From the IMG/VR virus record IMGVR_UViG_3300045988_143259: a stretch of DNA of 38,834 nucleotides. The stretch is one strand, 5' to 3'. Origin of the DNA: a virus. The notes beneath the pieces are model-generated. The model was not told the DNA's origin. It did no database searches and was given only the letters and a program-made list of their open reading frames with translations. This document shows, one piece after another, positions 1 to 7,452 of this stretch. Made by a program: the position numbers and the translations under genes. Within the stretch, counting starts at the first letter, position 1. Every line of letters starts with the position of its first letter.

Positions 1-99
1 CCAGAAATGGATCGTGAAACTATCAAACAAATATTTCGGGAGCTTCGCCAACCTAGAGGATGCCATCCAAAAACGTAGAGAGATAGAGACCAAAAAAAC
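1..99. repeat. Terminal direct overlap, copy 1 (identical to 38736..38834); circular-assembly signature
   Basis: Read directly: bases 1-99 (ccagaaatggatcgtgaaac...gagaccaaaaaaac) recur exactly at 38736-38834. An ORF runs through the junction in frame. Confidence 0.95.
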
Positions 100-421
100 G
101 ACAACTCGCTTTTGTGTGGTTTGCGGGAAACCTATCCCGCCGGACAGGCATAAAAACGCAACAACATGCTCCGAGGCATGCGTGAAAGAAAAAAGTCGGC
201 GTTACATGGCGGAGAAATATGAGGAGTACAAGAACGGACAAAGCCGAAGGCAAAACGGAAATCGCATGCATGCGTTGAGCGTATTCGTCCCGCAGAATAT
301 TTTAGGGGAGCTGAAAACAACAGCGAACAAGCGAAACATATCGCTCAGCGAGTATGTACGCGAACTACTCCAACAAGGTATTGAAAACGAAAAAAGGAGA
401 AAGAAAAATGAAAACATATGA
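1..421 (+). CDS. AP2 / zinc-ribbon / RHH DNA-binding protein, 3' part of the junction-spanning gene
   Basis: The ORF is open to the window edge (track 14..421). It contains CVVCG...CSEAC cysteine pairs. The C-terminal HALSVFVPQNILGELKTTANKRNISLSEYVRELLQQG fits a CopG/Arc-type beta-helix-helix, followed by a Lys/Arg tail. Confidence 0.8.
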   Translation, partial: QKWIVKLSNKYFGSFANLEDAIQKRREIETKKTTTRFCVVCGKPIPPDRHKNATTCSEACVKEKSRRYMAEKYEEYKNGQSRRQNGNRMHALSVFVPQNILGELKTTANKRNISLSEYVRELLQQGIENEKRRKKNENI

Positions 422-710
422 GATTTGGAAATGCACAAAAGAGTTCCCCTACAAAAAGAAGGAAGAGATTATAGAGGGGTGCACCATCCCGGACGAAGAG
501 CCGGAAATCATCTCCGTGCATGAATCACTCACCGAAGCGGAAGCAGCGCTTAAAAAGTACAGCACCACTGCAAGGACGTATTCTAGCGGTGCCGGTAAAT
601 ATATCGGTGTGACGGAATACTGTGTTGTGTCCTACGACCCGGACGAATTTGTTCAATCTGCGGATGTGCATGCAATCACAAAAATGGTTGAAGTGGATGA
701 AATAGCGTAA
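408..710 (+). CDS. hypothetical protein (100 aa), last gene of the plus-strand accessory cassette
   Basis: ATG 408 follows AAAGGAGA and overlaps the upstream stop by 14 nt. The gene is AT-richer than the phage backbone. I recognise no family. Confidence 0.7.
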   Translation: MKTYEIWKCTKEFPYKKKEEIIEGCTIPDEEPEIISVHESLTEAEAALKKYSTTARTYSSGAGKYIGVTEYCVVSYDPDEFVQSADVHAITKMVEVDEIA

Positions 711-740
711 AAGAACCTACCAAAAAGCCAAAATAAGCAA

Positions 741-767
741 AAGCCCCTGGGCCAAACCCAGGGGCTT
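741..767. terminator. Hairpin terminator between convergent genes (best on the minus strand)
   Basis: Stem aagcccctgg(g)/(c)ccaggggctt with a 5-7 nt loop. On the minus strand it is followed by TTTTGCTTATTTT. It sits between 408..710 (+) and 770..964 (-). Confidence 0.75.
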
Positions 768-769
768 CT

Positions 770-964
770 TCACAGACTTTTCCGCCGAATCGACGCCAAA
801 TCATTATTCACGGTCCCCCGACTCACATCGAGTTCTGCGGCCACGTCCTCGATGGCCCAACCACGCCGGTAGTGCAACTCAAAAGCCGCCCGCTCCCGGT
901 CCGTGAGCCACGGGTTCCCGTGCATTTTCTCCAACTGGGCGGGGCTGTACCGATACCTGGGCAT
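770..964 (-). CDS. orphan sigma-70 region-4 / LuxR-type HTH protein (64 aa)
   Basis: LTDRERAAFELHYRRGWAIEDVAAELDVSRGTVNNDLASIRRK matches the sigma region 4.2 HTH pattern. Nothing corresponds to regions 2-3. The gene lies 12 nt downstream of the endolysin. Confidence 0.75.
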   Translation of the reverse strand: MPRYRYSPAQLEKMHGNPWLTDRERAAFELHYRRGWAIEDVAAELDVSRGTVNNDLASIRRKSL

Positions 965-976
965 GGTACCACCCCC

Positions 977-1771
977 TCAGTCCAGCACCCCCAGACGGCC
1001 CAGCACAACGGCCAGCTCATCCCGCTTGACAGGGCGCTCCGGCTCCTGCCCGTCCACAATGCCTTTCAGCGTGGCTTTTTCCCAATGGCCCTGCTTCCGG
1101 CTCCACTCAGGTTCCGCCACAGCGGCGGCGAACGTCATGGCCTTGGTATACAGTGCGTAGGCCTGCGCCCCCGTCATCTCTGCCAACAACTTGTTGATAT
1201 CCATATCATCATCCTCCTTCTCCGGCCGCTGAATGGTGACCGGTTTTTTCACCACGAAATAGTATTTCACCTGCTGTTTGAACAGCGAATAGTTCCCCTG
1301 CGTCCGCGCCGTCCGGGTGCTGGCAGGATCGTTGATGTAGATGGTATTCCCGGTGATTTTCCACACCAGGACGAAGTGCCCGGAAGACGTCCAAAGCCCA
1401 CGGCCCATGCAGGCGATCACAAGATCACCCTGGTCAACGGCAGCCTTGGCCTGGGCGTGGTACGGGCTGTTGGGCTTGCCGTAGATGCTGGCCCCGTTGA
1501 GCATCTTGCAGGTCAGGCCGAAGCGCTTGGCGGCGGGGGCGAAGTAGCCGTAATAGGTCCCCTGGTGCGGGGCCTTGTAGCCGTGGGCCAGCGCCCAGGC
1601 ACACTCACTCTTCGGCGTGACGGATTTGTCCGCCCAGGTGGCCAGCACCATCGCCATAGCGGTAGGGCCACAGCCGGATTTGCCGATAGTGGTGCTTTCT
1701 CCCTTGGCCGAGTAGCTGATATTCGACCAGCGCTGGTCAGTCTGGAGATAGGAGGTCGGTTGTTTATTCAT
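977..1771 (-). CDS. endolysin, Peptidase_C39-like (papain-fold) cell-wall hydrolase with a C-terminal SLH-like wall-binding segment
   Basis: GKSGCGPTAMAMVLA (catalytic Cys context) and SSGHFVLVW (His). The C-terminal RPVKRDELAVVLGRLGVL resembles an SLH repeat. Its position is at the end of the lysis cassette. Confidence 0.85.
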   Translation of the reverse strand: MNKQPTSYLQTDQRWSNISYSAKGESTTIGKSGCGPTAMAMVLATWADKSVTPKSECAWALAHGYKAPHQGTYYGYFAPAAKRFGLTCKMLNGASIYGKPNSPYHAQAKAAVDQGDLVIACMGRGLWTSSGHFVLVWKITGNTIYINDPASTRTARTQGNYSLFKQQVKYYFVVKKPVTIQRPEKEDDDMDINKLLAEMTGAQAYALYTKAMTFAAAVAEPEWSRKQGHWEKATLKGIVDGQEPERPVKRDELAVVLGRLGVLD

Positions 1772-2306
1772 GCAACACCATCCAATCCTCCGCCAGCATG
1801 TCGGACTGGGAAGCTAGCCAACCAACCTGTCGGCCTCTTGTACCGCAAAAGACCAGCGCATGACTGCCAATGTCACAATGAAAAGCCATTAGAGCCGGAT
1901 CGTCTTCGTGCTGATAGTAGATGTTTTTTCCCAACTCTACCCACTGACCCTTTCCATTCCATCCGGCTCGGGCGATGCGCTCACCCTTCTTGGCAGCCTC
2001 CAGGGCAAGCCCGAAGTTCATGCCGTCGGTGGGCCTATAGGCTCCCTTGAACACCTCCTTGGGGCTCCAGCTCTCGTAGCCGTCCTCATAGCGGACCTTG
2101 TAGCCCTCCTCCACCGCAGCCCCAACAGGTACTGCATCGTGGATGGAGCAGACCTTTCCATTCACGCGGTTTGCAGGTTCGGCCTCAACGATCTTAGTTC
2201 CGATATAGCGGTTCATGTTCATCTTCTCCTTTTCGTAGATGCTTTTCTCTCGCGAGATATTCGCCCAGCGAGGGTCCGTTTGCAGGTAGCTGGTTGGTTT
2301 ATCCAT
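1764..2306 (-). CDS. DUF2829 (Tad2-like) protein with the common N-terminal IGTK...SWSPKEVF domain. The first 28 codons are a duplicated endolysin 5' end, so the functional start is probably ATG 2222 or 2216.
   Basis: MNFGLALEAAKKGERIARAGWNGKGQWV...VGWLASQSDMLAEDWMVL matches the DUF2829 consensus closely. AAGGAG precedes the internal ATGs at 2222 and 2216. N-terminal MDKPTSYLQTDPRWANIS copies the endolysin MNKQPTSYLQTDQRWSNIS. Confidence 0.85.
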   Translation of the reverse strand: MDKPTSYLQTDPRWANISREKSIYEKEKMNMNRYIGTKIVEAEPANRVNGKVCSIHDAVPVGAAVEEGYKVRYEDGYESWSPKEVFKGAYRPTDGMNFGLALEAAKKGERIARAGWNGKGQWVELGKNIYYQHEDDPALMAFHCDIGSHALVFCGTRGRQVGWLASQSDMLAEDWMVLHE

Positions 2307-2487
2307 CGTTTTTGCCCTCCGTCTTTTTTGTGAAGAAATACGTGATGATCGCCCCGTAGGCCGTGCAGAACAGCGCCACAGCGTCCTGGTTCACGTCCAC
2401 CGGCGAAAACAGTAGGGCAATCATCGCCCCGGTCATGGCCAGCGTCACCAAGCTCTTCACGTCCAGCAGTTTCAGCAGTTGTTTCAT
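2299..2487 (-). CDS. holin (62 aa, two TM helices, charged C-terminus)
   Basis: LVTLAMTGAMIALLFSPV and AVALFCTAYGAIITYFF, followed by KKTEGKNDG. The stop is embedded in the next ATG (ATGGATAA). Confidence 0.8.
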   Translation of the reverse strand: MKQLLKLLDVKSLVTLAMTGAMIALLFSPVDVNQDAVALFCTAYGAIITYFFTKKTEGKNDG

Positions 2488-2499
2488 ACGTTTCCCTCC

Positions 2500-2919
2500 C
2501 TACAAAAAATCGTTATTCTCAAGCCGCGCTCTGTACACGTTTTCGATGTGGCCGATGGAAATAGCCGCCTTATCATTCGGGAAATCGGGATGAGTCGCGC
2601 AGTATCGGTTGTACTCCGTGATATCCTCCAAGATCTCGTTGAAATGCTCTTGGCTATGGCGCTCCCCCTGCAAAATCTCATCGGCAAACCGCAGGATGCG
2701 CACCCGCAGGTGCTTGGCCTTGTCTTTGGCATCCTCTTCAATGTGGCTTTTCAGTTGTTCGGAAATCCCGGACAACTGCTCTGTAACGTCTCCTAGGATA
2801 GCTTTCCCGATTTTCCGGGCCAGCCACGTCCAGGGGTTGATTTTAATGGGGATGATCTCAACCGCGACGGACGAACCCAGCACAGCCAGGAGCGCCGTGA
2901 TGATCTGTTCAGGTTCCAT
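2500..2919 (-). CDS. N-terminally membrane-anchored protein of the lysis cassette, function unknown
   Basis: 139 aa with the TM segment IITALLAVLGSSVAVEIIPI followed by a helical soluble part. It sits immediately upstream of the holin. Confidence 0.65.
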   Translation of the reverse strand: MEPEQIITALLAVLGSSVAVEIIPIKINPWTWLARKIGKAILGDVTEQLSGISEQLKSHIEEDAKDKAKHLRVRILRFADEILQGERHSQEHFNEILEDITEYNRYCATHPDFPNDKAAISIGHIENVYRARLENNDFL

Positions 2920-2970
2920 ATTCTGGCACCTCTTTCTTTTGGTAGGCCCCCGAATAAACGGGGCCTTTGT

Positions 2971-3408
2971 TTATTCCTGGTAGGCTTCCCACCCGGCGGG
3001 GTAGGCATCCGGTGCCCACACATTGCTATCAATCAAAGACTTGTACAGCTTGCCCTTGTAGCTGACAATATCGCCCTTTTTGTAGGCATCGGTAGCACCC
3101 AACGGCTGAACCCATTCGGGATAGCCGCCGGAAGTCACCCCGATCTTTTTATACAGGCTGGTTGCCGTATCAGGGGGCCACTGTTCAGCGGACGTGTGGG
3201 CTTGTAGAACCTGGTAAAGTTGGGGGTCTCCTACGGCGTTGGTGCCGTAGGAAAACACATCCTTGATTTTGTAGGCGTGGCCTACCTCGTAAGCGGGGAA
3301 CACGGTTGGTACCTCTAGCAGAGTCTCAGCGTGTTCCTCCGGGTCCAACGTGGACAGGAAAAGCTGGATAGCTCGTCTCAGCTCCCGCACCGCTTGCAGT
3401 TTATCCAT
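2971..3408 (-). CDS. tail-fibre-associated protein with a CBM5/12-like carbohydrate-binding motif
   Basis: The C-terminal YKKGDIVSYKGKLYKSLIDSNVWAPDAYPAGWEAY fits the chitin/carbohydrate-binding 5/12 aromatic pattern. The gene follows the fibre genes. Confidence 0.65.
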   Translation of the reverse strand: MDKLQAVRELRRAIQLFLSTLDPEEHAETLLEVPTVFPAYEVGHAYKIKDVFSYGTNAVGDPQLYQVLQAHTSAEQWPPDTATSLYKKIGVTSGGYPEWVQPLGATDAYKKGDIVSYKGKLYKSLIDSNVWAPDAYPAGWEAYQE

Positions 3409-3682
3409 TTTTGTTCACCTCCTCCCCGAGCAGAGCCGCTAACAGCTCCTCAACAGTCACAGGTTTCTCCGGTTCCACGTCCGGGTGCTCTGCGTTGTAT
3501 GCGTCCAGCGCCTCCTGGTCCACCACCAGCGCCGTCACAGTGCCGTCCTGCACGGTGAGAGTACAGAAGCCCTTGGTGTTGATGTAGTCCATCAGCAGGG
3601 TATCGGGGAGAGAGACGGAGTTTGGGAAGGGGATGGTGGTGGGGTTGCCGTGGTTGGGGCCTTGGGTGTTGATGTAATACAT
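3401..3682 (-). CDS. hypothetical protein in the XkdW position (after the tail fibre)
   Basis: 93 aa. AGGGAGGAAAATC precedes ATG 3682. Assignment is by synteny with PBSX-like tail modules only. Confidence 0.6.
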   Translation of the reverse strand: MYYINTQGPNHGNPTTIPFPNSVSLPDTLLMDYINTKGFCTLTVQDGTVTALVVDQEALDAYNAEHPDVEPEKPVTVEELLAALLGEEVNKNG

Positions 3683-3697
3683 GATTTTCCTCCCTTC

Positions 3698-5125
3698 TCA
3701 GCCGATGGCGATGGCGGTGTATTTATAGCCAGAAATATTTAACTGTTCGTGCGTACTGTTGAAAGACCACCAAAAAATCTCATGCTTCGATTCACTACAA
3801 TTTAATGTAGACGTCCAACCACTATTACCGATGATAAAACAGCCTCCACGTTCGGAAAATGGATACAAAGTTCCTGTATATGTTCTGTTATTGTAGTCCC
3901 CACTCATGATTATCAAAAGAACCTTTGGTGAGAAATTGAATGTGAGAGAATTTTTGTTATCCTCCCCATACGTCCCCGTCCCAACATAACTAACAACCTG
4001 CACCCTCGCTTTATCCCCCAAACACCCCAGGTACTCAATGGTGGTGTTCGCTGGGATAGCGGCGTAGCCGGTGACGGGTTGGTAGCGGTCGGCGTAGACA
4101 ATATTTCCGACTCTGGTAAATATCGTGTTGGATGGAAAGAAAACAATCACCGATGAGGCAAAATCGGTATCAGTGTTATTACAATACGCGAATTTTCCTT
4201 GTAGCTCGTTTTTCGCCGTGGTTGCTGCGTTTGTTGTCGTTCCATCAATATAAGTTCCCCCGGTAGTTGCTAATGTGCAAGTGCCATCATCGGAGACGGA
4301 AAGGGCAGCACTGTCGTTCCAGTACGTTCCGACGCCACCAGGAGAACTTTTGCTGGTGATAGCAAAACTCCCTGTTTTTACATCCCCCAACGTATACCCT
4401 GCCTCTTTCGCGTCGCTCCCCTCCTGGTAGGCGTTGCGGTTGGTGGAGACGGGGTAGGTTACGGTGGTTCCGGCGGGGACGCCAATCACTTGTTGGCGCT
4501 TACTTGCCGCGATATACCACCTGCCGCTCTCTCCATTCAACAAGCCTTTCGTCATCGCGGCGTCGGCAGGAATCCACCAAATTTCACCGATTTTAAAGTG
4601 GGACATCCCTGTTTCAACCTGGGAAATCATTTTTATAAATTTCCCCTTAAATACGTTAGCTTTTGATGCATCATCATTCCACGGCTTAATAGTGATGGTG
4701 CTGGGATTTTTGATGCCTGTAATAGTTCCATCTTTGTTTACTGCGATTTCACTGCCGTATTCAAAAGTTCCGGAAGAGTCGGATGTAGCACTATTATTCG
4801 CCCATTTGATATAATGCAAGCCTTCCTGCACTGCGCCTAAACTATACGTTCCGTTGCCACTCGTGATAGTTTTACGCCACACATGCAAATCCCCCGCATG
4901 TGCCAAAGCGTTGAACATGTCATTGGGGGTGGCGGAAGAGGGGAGGCCGATGATGGGAGGGGTGGTGGGCTTTAGGATGTTGGCTAGGGTTTGGGCGACG
5001 GTTCCGGCGTTGTTGTCGATTTTCTGCCAGTTTTCGTTCAGCATCGTCTGGACGTTAAACGTGTCCGCCCCGTCGGTGGATGGGTTTTTCATGAGCAGAT
5101 TCAGATTTTCAGTGTTGCTTGCCAT
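3698..5125 (-). CDS. tail fibre / receptor-binding protein
   Basis: N-terminal MASNTENLNLLMKNPSTDGADTFNVQTMLNENWQKID is the conserved fibre N-terminus of XkdV-type proteins. It follows the DUF2313 gene. The C-terminal part is AT-rich. Confidence 0.85.
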   Translation of the reverse strand: MASNTENLNLLMKNPSTDGADTFNVQTMLNENWQKIDNNAGTVAQTLANILKPTTPPIIGLPSSATPNDMFNALAHAGDLHVWRKTITSGNGTYSLGAVQEGLHYIKWANNSATSDSSGTFEYGSEIAVNKDGTITGIKNPSTITIKPWNDDASKANVFKGKFIKMISQVETGMSHFKIGEIWWIPADAAMTKGLLNGESGRWYIAASKRQQVIGVPAGTTVTYPVSTNRNAYQEGSDAKEAGYTLGDVKTGSFAITSKSSPGGVGTYWNDSAALSVSDDGTCTLATTGGTYIDGTTTNAATTAKNELQGKFAYCNNTDTDFASSVIVFFPSNTIFTRVGNIVYADRYQPVTGYAAIPANTTIEYLGCLGDKARVQVVSYVGTGTYGEDNKNSLTFNFSPKVLLIIMSGDYNNRTYTGTLYPFSERGGCFIIGNSGWTSTLNCSESKHEIFWWSFNSTHEQLNISGYKYTAIAIG

Positions 5126-5668
5126 TTAGGTCCCTCCTGCAAAACTGGATAGTGGCGTGGCGTTTAACTCCGCCAGGGTCATCACCTCGTGGACCTCCCG
5201 AATGAGGAGGTAACGGTAGGCGTAGTTTACGTAGATGTGGGCGGGGACAGCGCGGATGATGGCGCTTTTCAGGTCCTGGATGTTCGCCGGGACGCCAACA
5301 TCTCCGATAAATTTCAGGGTGAGTTCGCCGGGGGTGTAGGTGCAGATGACGCCGCCCGCCTGCCAGGCATCGCAGATGCTCTGCATGGTTTCTAAGGACG
5401 GTTTCTGGGCGATGTTGTAGGCTGCCTGGATGGCTGCCCGCCGGTCCGCTAGGGCTTTGTTTTCGTCCTGTTCCAGGCCCAGCAGGCGCTCATAGTAGCG
5501 CACGCGCTCGATGGGCAGCTCGTCAAAATTCTCGGCGTTGTAGATAGCTACAATTCGGTTTGCCAGGGCGTCCAGGGTCACGCCGCCCGCCGTCATCACG
5601 GCTTCGATCCAGGGATCCTTTTGCAGCATCCAATGGAGCTGCCGGAGCGCGTAATCTTTAACTAACAA
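5126..5668 (-). CDS. baseplate protein, DUF2313 (XkdU/YmfQ-like)
   Basis: The YYERLLGL...RRAAIQA pattern and its position after baseplate J. TTG start at 5668. Confidence 0.8.
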   Translation of the reverse strand: MLVKDYALRQLHWMLQKDPWIEAVMTAGGVTLDALANRIVAIYNAENFDELPIERVRYYERLLGLEQDENKALADRRAAIQAAYNIAQKPSLETMQSICDAWQAGGVICTYTPGELTLKFIGDVGVPANIQDLKSAIIRAVPAHIYVNYAYRYLLIREVHEVMTLAELNATPLSSFAGGT

Positions 5669-6734
5669 CAGTCAAAGTCACCTCCCCCAGCATCGGCGTC
5701 TCCCGGTCGCCCAGGGCTACGTTGGTTGTGCCGCCCGCAACGGTCAGGTTGCTGTGGTCCAATACGCCCTGGGTCGCGTTGATGCGGCTGGCGATCTGGG
5801 AGTAGGAGACGTAGGTGCCCGTTTTCTCAAAGGCCAAGCCCCGCAGGTACTCGGTCAGGGCCGCTTGCACCTTGGTTTTTACGCTCCCGATGCTGGCCCC
5901 GTCGGCCAGGGTGATCTTGGCCACTACGTCGATATATTTGGCCGTGCCCGTGGTTACGGTGCAGACAGCCCCGATGGGCGCTTCCCCCACGCCGTCCCCG
6001 TTGTGGTTGGGGTCGATGAGGGCCTGCACCTGCTGGATGAGGGGAGCGCCTGCCGGTTCCTGGTTGGCGTCCAGGATGCAGACTTCCACCGTGTTCTTGC
6101 CCTGGGCCTGGGGGAAAATCTTCACCCGGCCCACCCCGGCGACAGAGGTCGCCCAGGCAATGTAAGCCTGCTGGTTGGCCCCGTTGTTGGGGTTTTGCAG
6201 GTCGTCATAGTAGCGCTCCCGCAGCTCATCGTCTGTCTCGCTGTCATAGCCGCCGCTGGACGGCTCCGGGTTGGTCACGGCGGAAATGCCCGCGATGGTG
6301 ATGGGCATGTAGGTGATCGTGTTTGCCTCCACGTTGCCGGTTTCCCCGGCGTTGTAGGCCCGCACGGTAAATTTGCTCCCGGCCTCCACATCGGAGTCGG
6401 CAATGGCGTAAAACTGCACGCCGGATTCCGTGGAAAACAAATCACCCGCCGAAATGCTGCCGGCACCCGTCACGACCTGCATCTCTGCCGTGGCGTATGT
6501 GGCGTATTTGCGGATAATGCCACGATGCTGCTTGACAAACTCATCCAGGGCCACCCCGGTGAGGTTGTCCACGTTCAGATTTGCTTCCGCCGTGGCGATG
6601 TCATCGTCCAGGGAAAGCACCGCCTGGGCGAAAGCCGCCGTGAAATCGTAGGCCGGAAACCCGGCTGTTTTCTGGTATCGGTCGGGGATGCGGGCCAGCA
6701 TCTCCCGATGTACCGTGTCAAAATCAAGGGACAA
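5658..6734 (-). CDS. baseplate J-like protein (XkdT-like)
   Basis: 358 aa with baseplate_J-type sequence and synteny. TTG 6734 follows GGAGGTG. Confidence 0.85.
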   Translation of the reverse strand: MSLDFDTVHREMLARIPDRYQKTAGFPAYDFTAAFAQAVLSLDDDIATAEANLNVDNLTGVALDEFVKQHRGIIRKYATYATAEMQVVTGAGSISAGDLFSTESGVQFYAIADSDVEAGSKFTVRAYNAGETGNVEANTITYMPITIAGISAVTNPEPSSGGYDSETDDELRERYYDDLQNPNNGANQQAYIAWATSVAGVGRVKIFPQAQGKNTVEVCILDANQEPAGAPLIQQVQALIDPNHNGDGVGEAPIGAVCTVTTGTAKYIDVVAKITLADGASIGSVKTKVQAALTEYLRGLAFEKTGTYVSYSQIASRINATQGVLDHSNLTVAGGTTNVALGDRETPMLGEVTLTVVS

Positions 6735-7152
6735 TCTGGATCACCTCCGTAATGCCATCGTCGTTGTCTTCCAGGGTCAGGGTGCACTGGATCGTCTCAC
6801 CGTCCCAGCGCATCTGCCCCACGTCCCGGATGCCGGGGTTGTAGGCGGCGGATTCTGCCAGGTGGCGGCGCAGCTCCGAGAGGTCGTAGCCCTTCGGGGC
6901 CTTCTGTCCGATCAAATCCTGCACGGGCGCTCCGAAATCCGCCGGGTAAATGGGGGAGCGTCCCTGCCGCGTGCGGACCACCAGCTGCACCCACTCTTTG
7001 ATGGCCGCCACACCGTAGACCAAGACGGGCGTCCCGTCCTGCATTTTGAGCCGCTGGTTCTGCCAGTCGAACGCAAATCCCATCCCGATCTCCGTCTCCG
7101 GGCGGGTGGCGGTCATAGCCTCCTGTTCCTGGGCCACTGCATCGAATAACAT
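6724..7152 (-). CDS. baseplate wedge protein, DUF2634 (XkdS-like)
   Basis: FAFDWQNQRLKMQDGTPVLVYGVAAIKEWVQLVVRTRQGRSPIYPADFG fits DUF2634, and synteny agrees. Confidence 0.8.
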   Translation of the reverse strand: MLFDAVAQEQEAMTATRPETEIGMGFAFDWQNQRLKMQDGTPVLVYGVAAIKEWVQLVVRTRQGRSPIYPADFGAPVQDLIGQKAPKGYDLSELRRHLAESAAYNPGIRDVGQMRWDGETIQCTLTLEDNDDGITEVIQIVP

Positions 7153-7452
7153 TTAGATCACCCCCAGCAGTAGGATCGTCTGCCCACCGGCAGACTTGCC
7201 AAAGGGGTCCCCCACCAGCGCCACGGTCTGGGGCGCGTACACCTGCGGCACATGGTCCAGCACGCGCAGCTGTCCCGCCCGCAGGATGATCTGCCCGTCA
7301 AAGGCGGTGACGATCAGGGGGCCGGAGTAGCTGACCTCCCCTTTGTCGTTCACCGTGCGGATGGGAGACTGCACTGTCCCCGCAAACCAGGCGTAGGTCG
7401 TGGGGTTGTCCCGCTCTTTGAATTGTTTTGCAATTTGATGCTCCCAGCTCAT
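7153..7452 (-). CDS. baseplate protein, DUF2577 (XkdR-like)
   Basis: 99 aa, in the syntenic position, with ATGA coupling to the upstream gene. Confidence 0.75.
   Translation of the reverse strand: MSWEHQIAKQFKERDNPTTYAWFAGTVQSPIRTVNDKGEVSYSGPLIVTAFDGQIILRAGQLRVLDHVPQVYAPQTVALVGDPFGKSAGGQTILLLGVI

Noticed and set aside
872-2050. 392-aa plus-strand ORF across the endolysin/Tad2-like region
   Set aside because: It is antisense to two well-supported minus-strand genes. The translation is Pro/Arg/Gly/His-rich low complexity with no RBS. Such long shadow ORFs are expected in approximately 60 percent GC DNA.
2944-2966. Hairpin aggcccc-N9-ggggcct between the CBM-like gene and the lysis cassette, considered as a terminator
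   Set aside because: The T-run follows it only on the plus strand, where nothing is transcribed. On the coding (minus) strand it is followed by ACCAAAAGAAAG. It is therefore at most an RNA-stability element.
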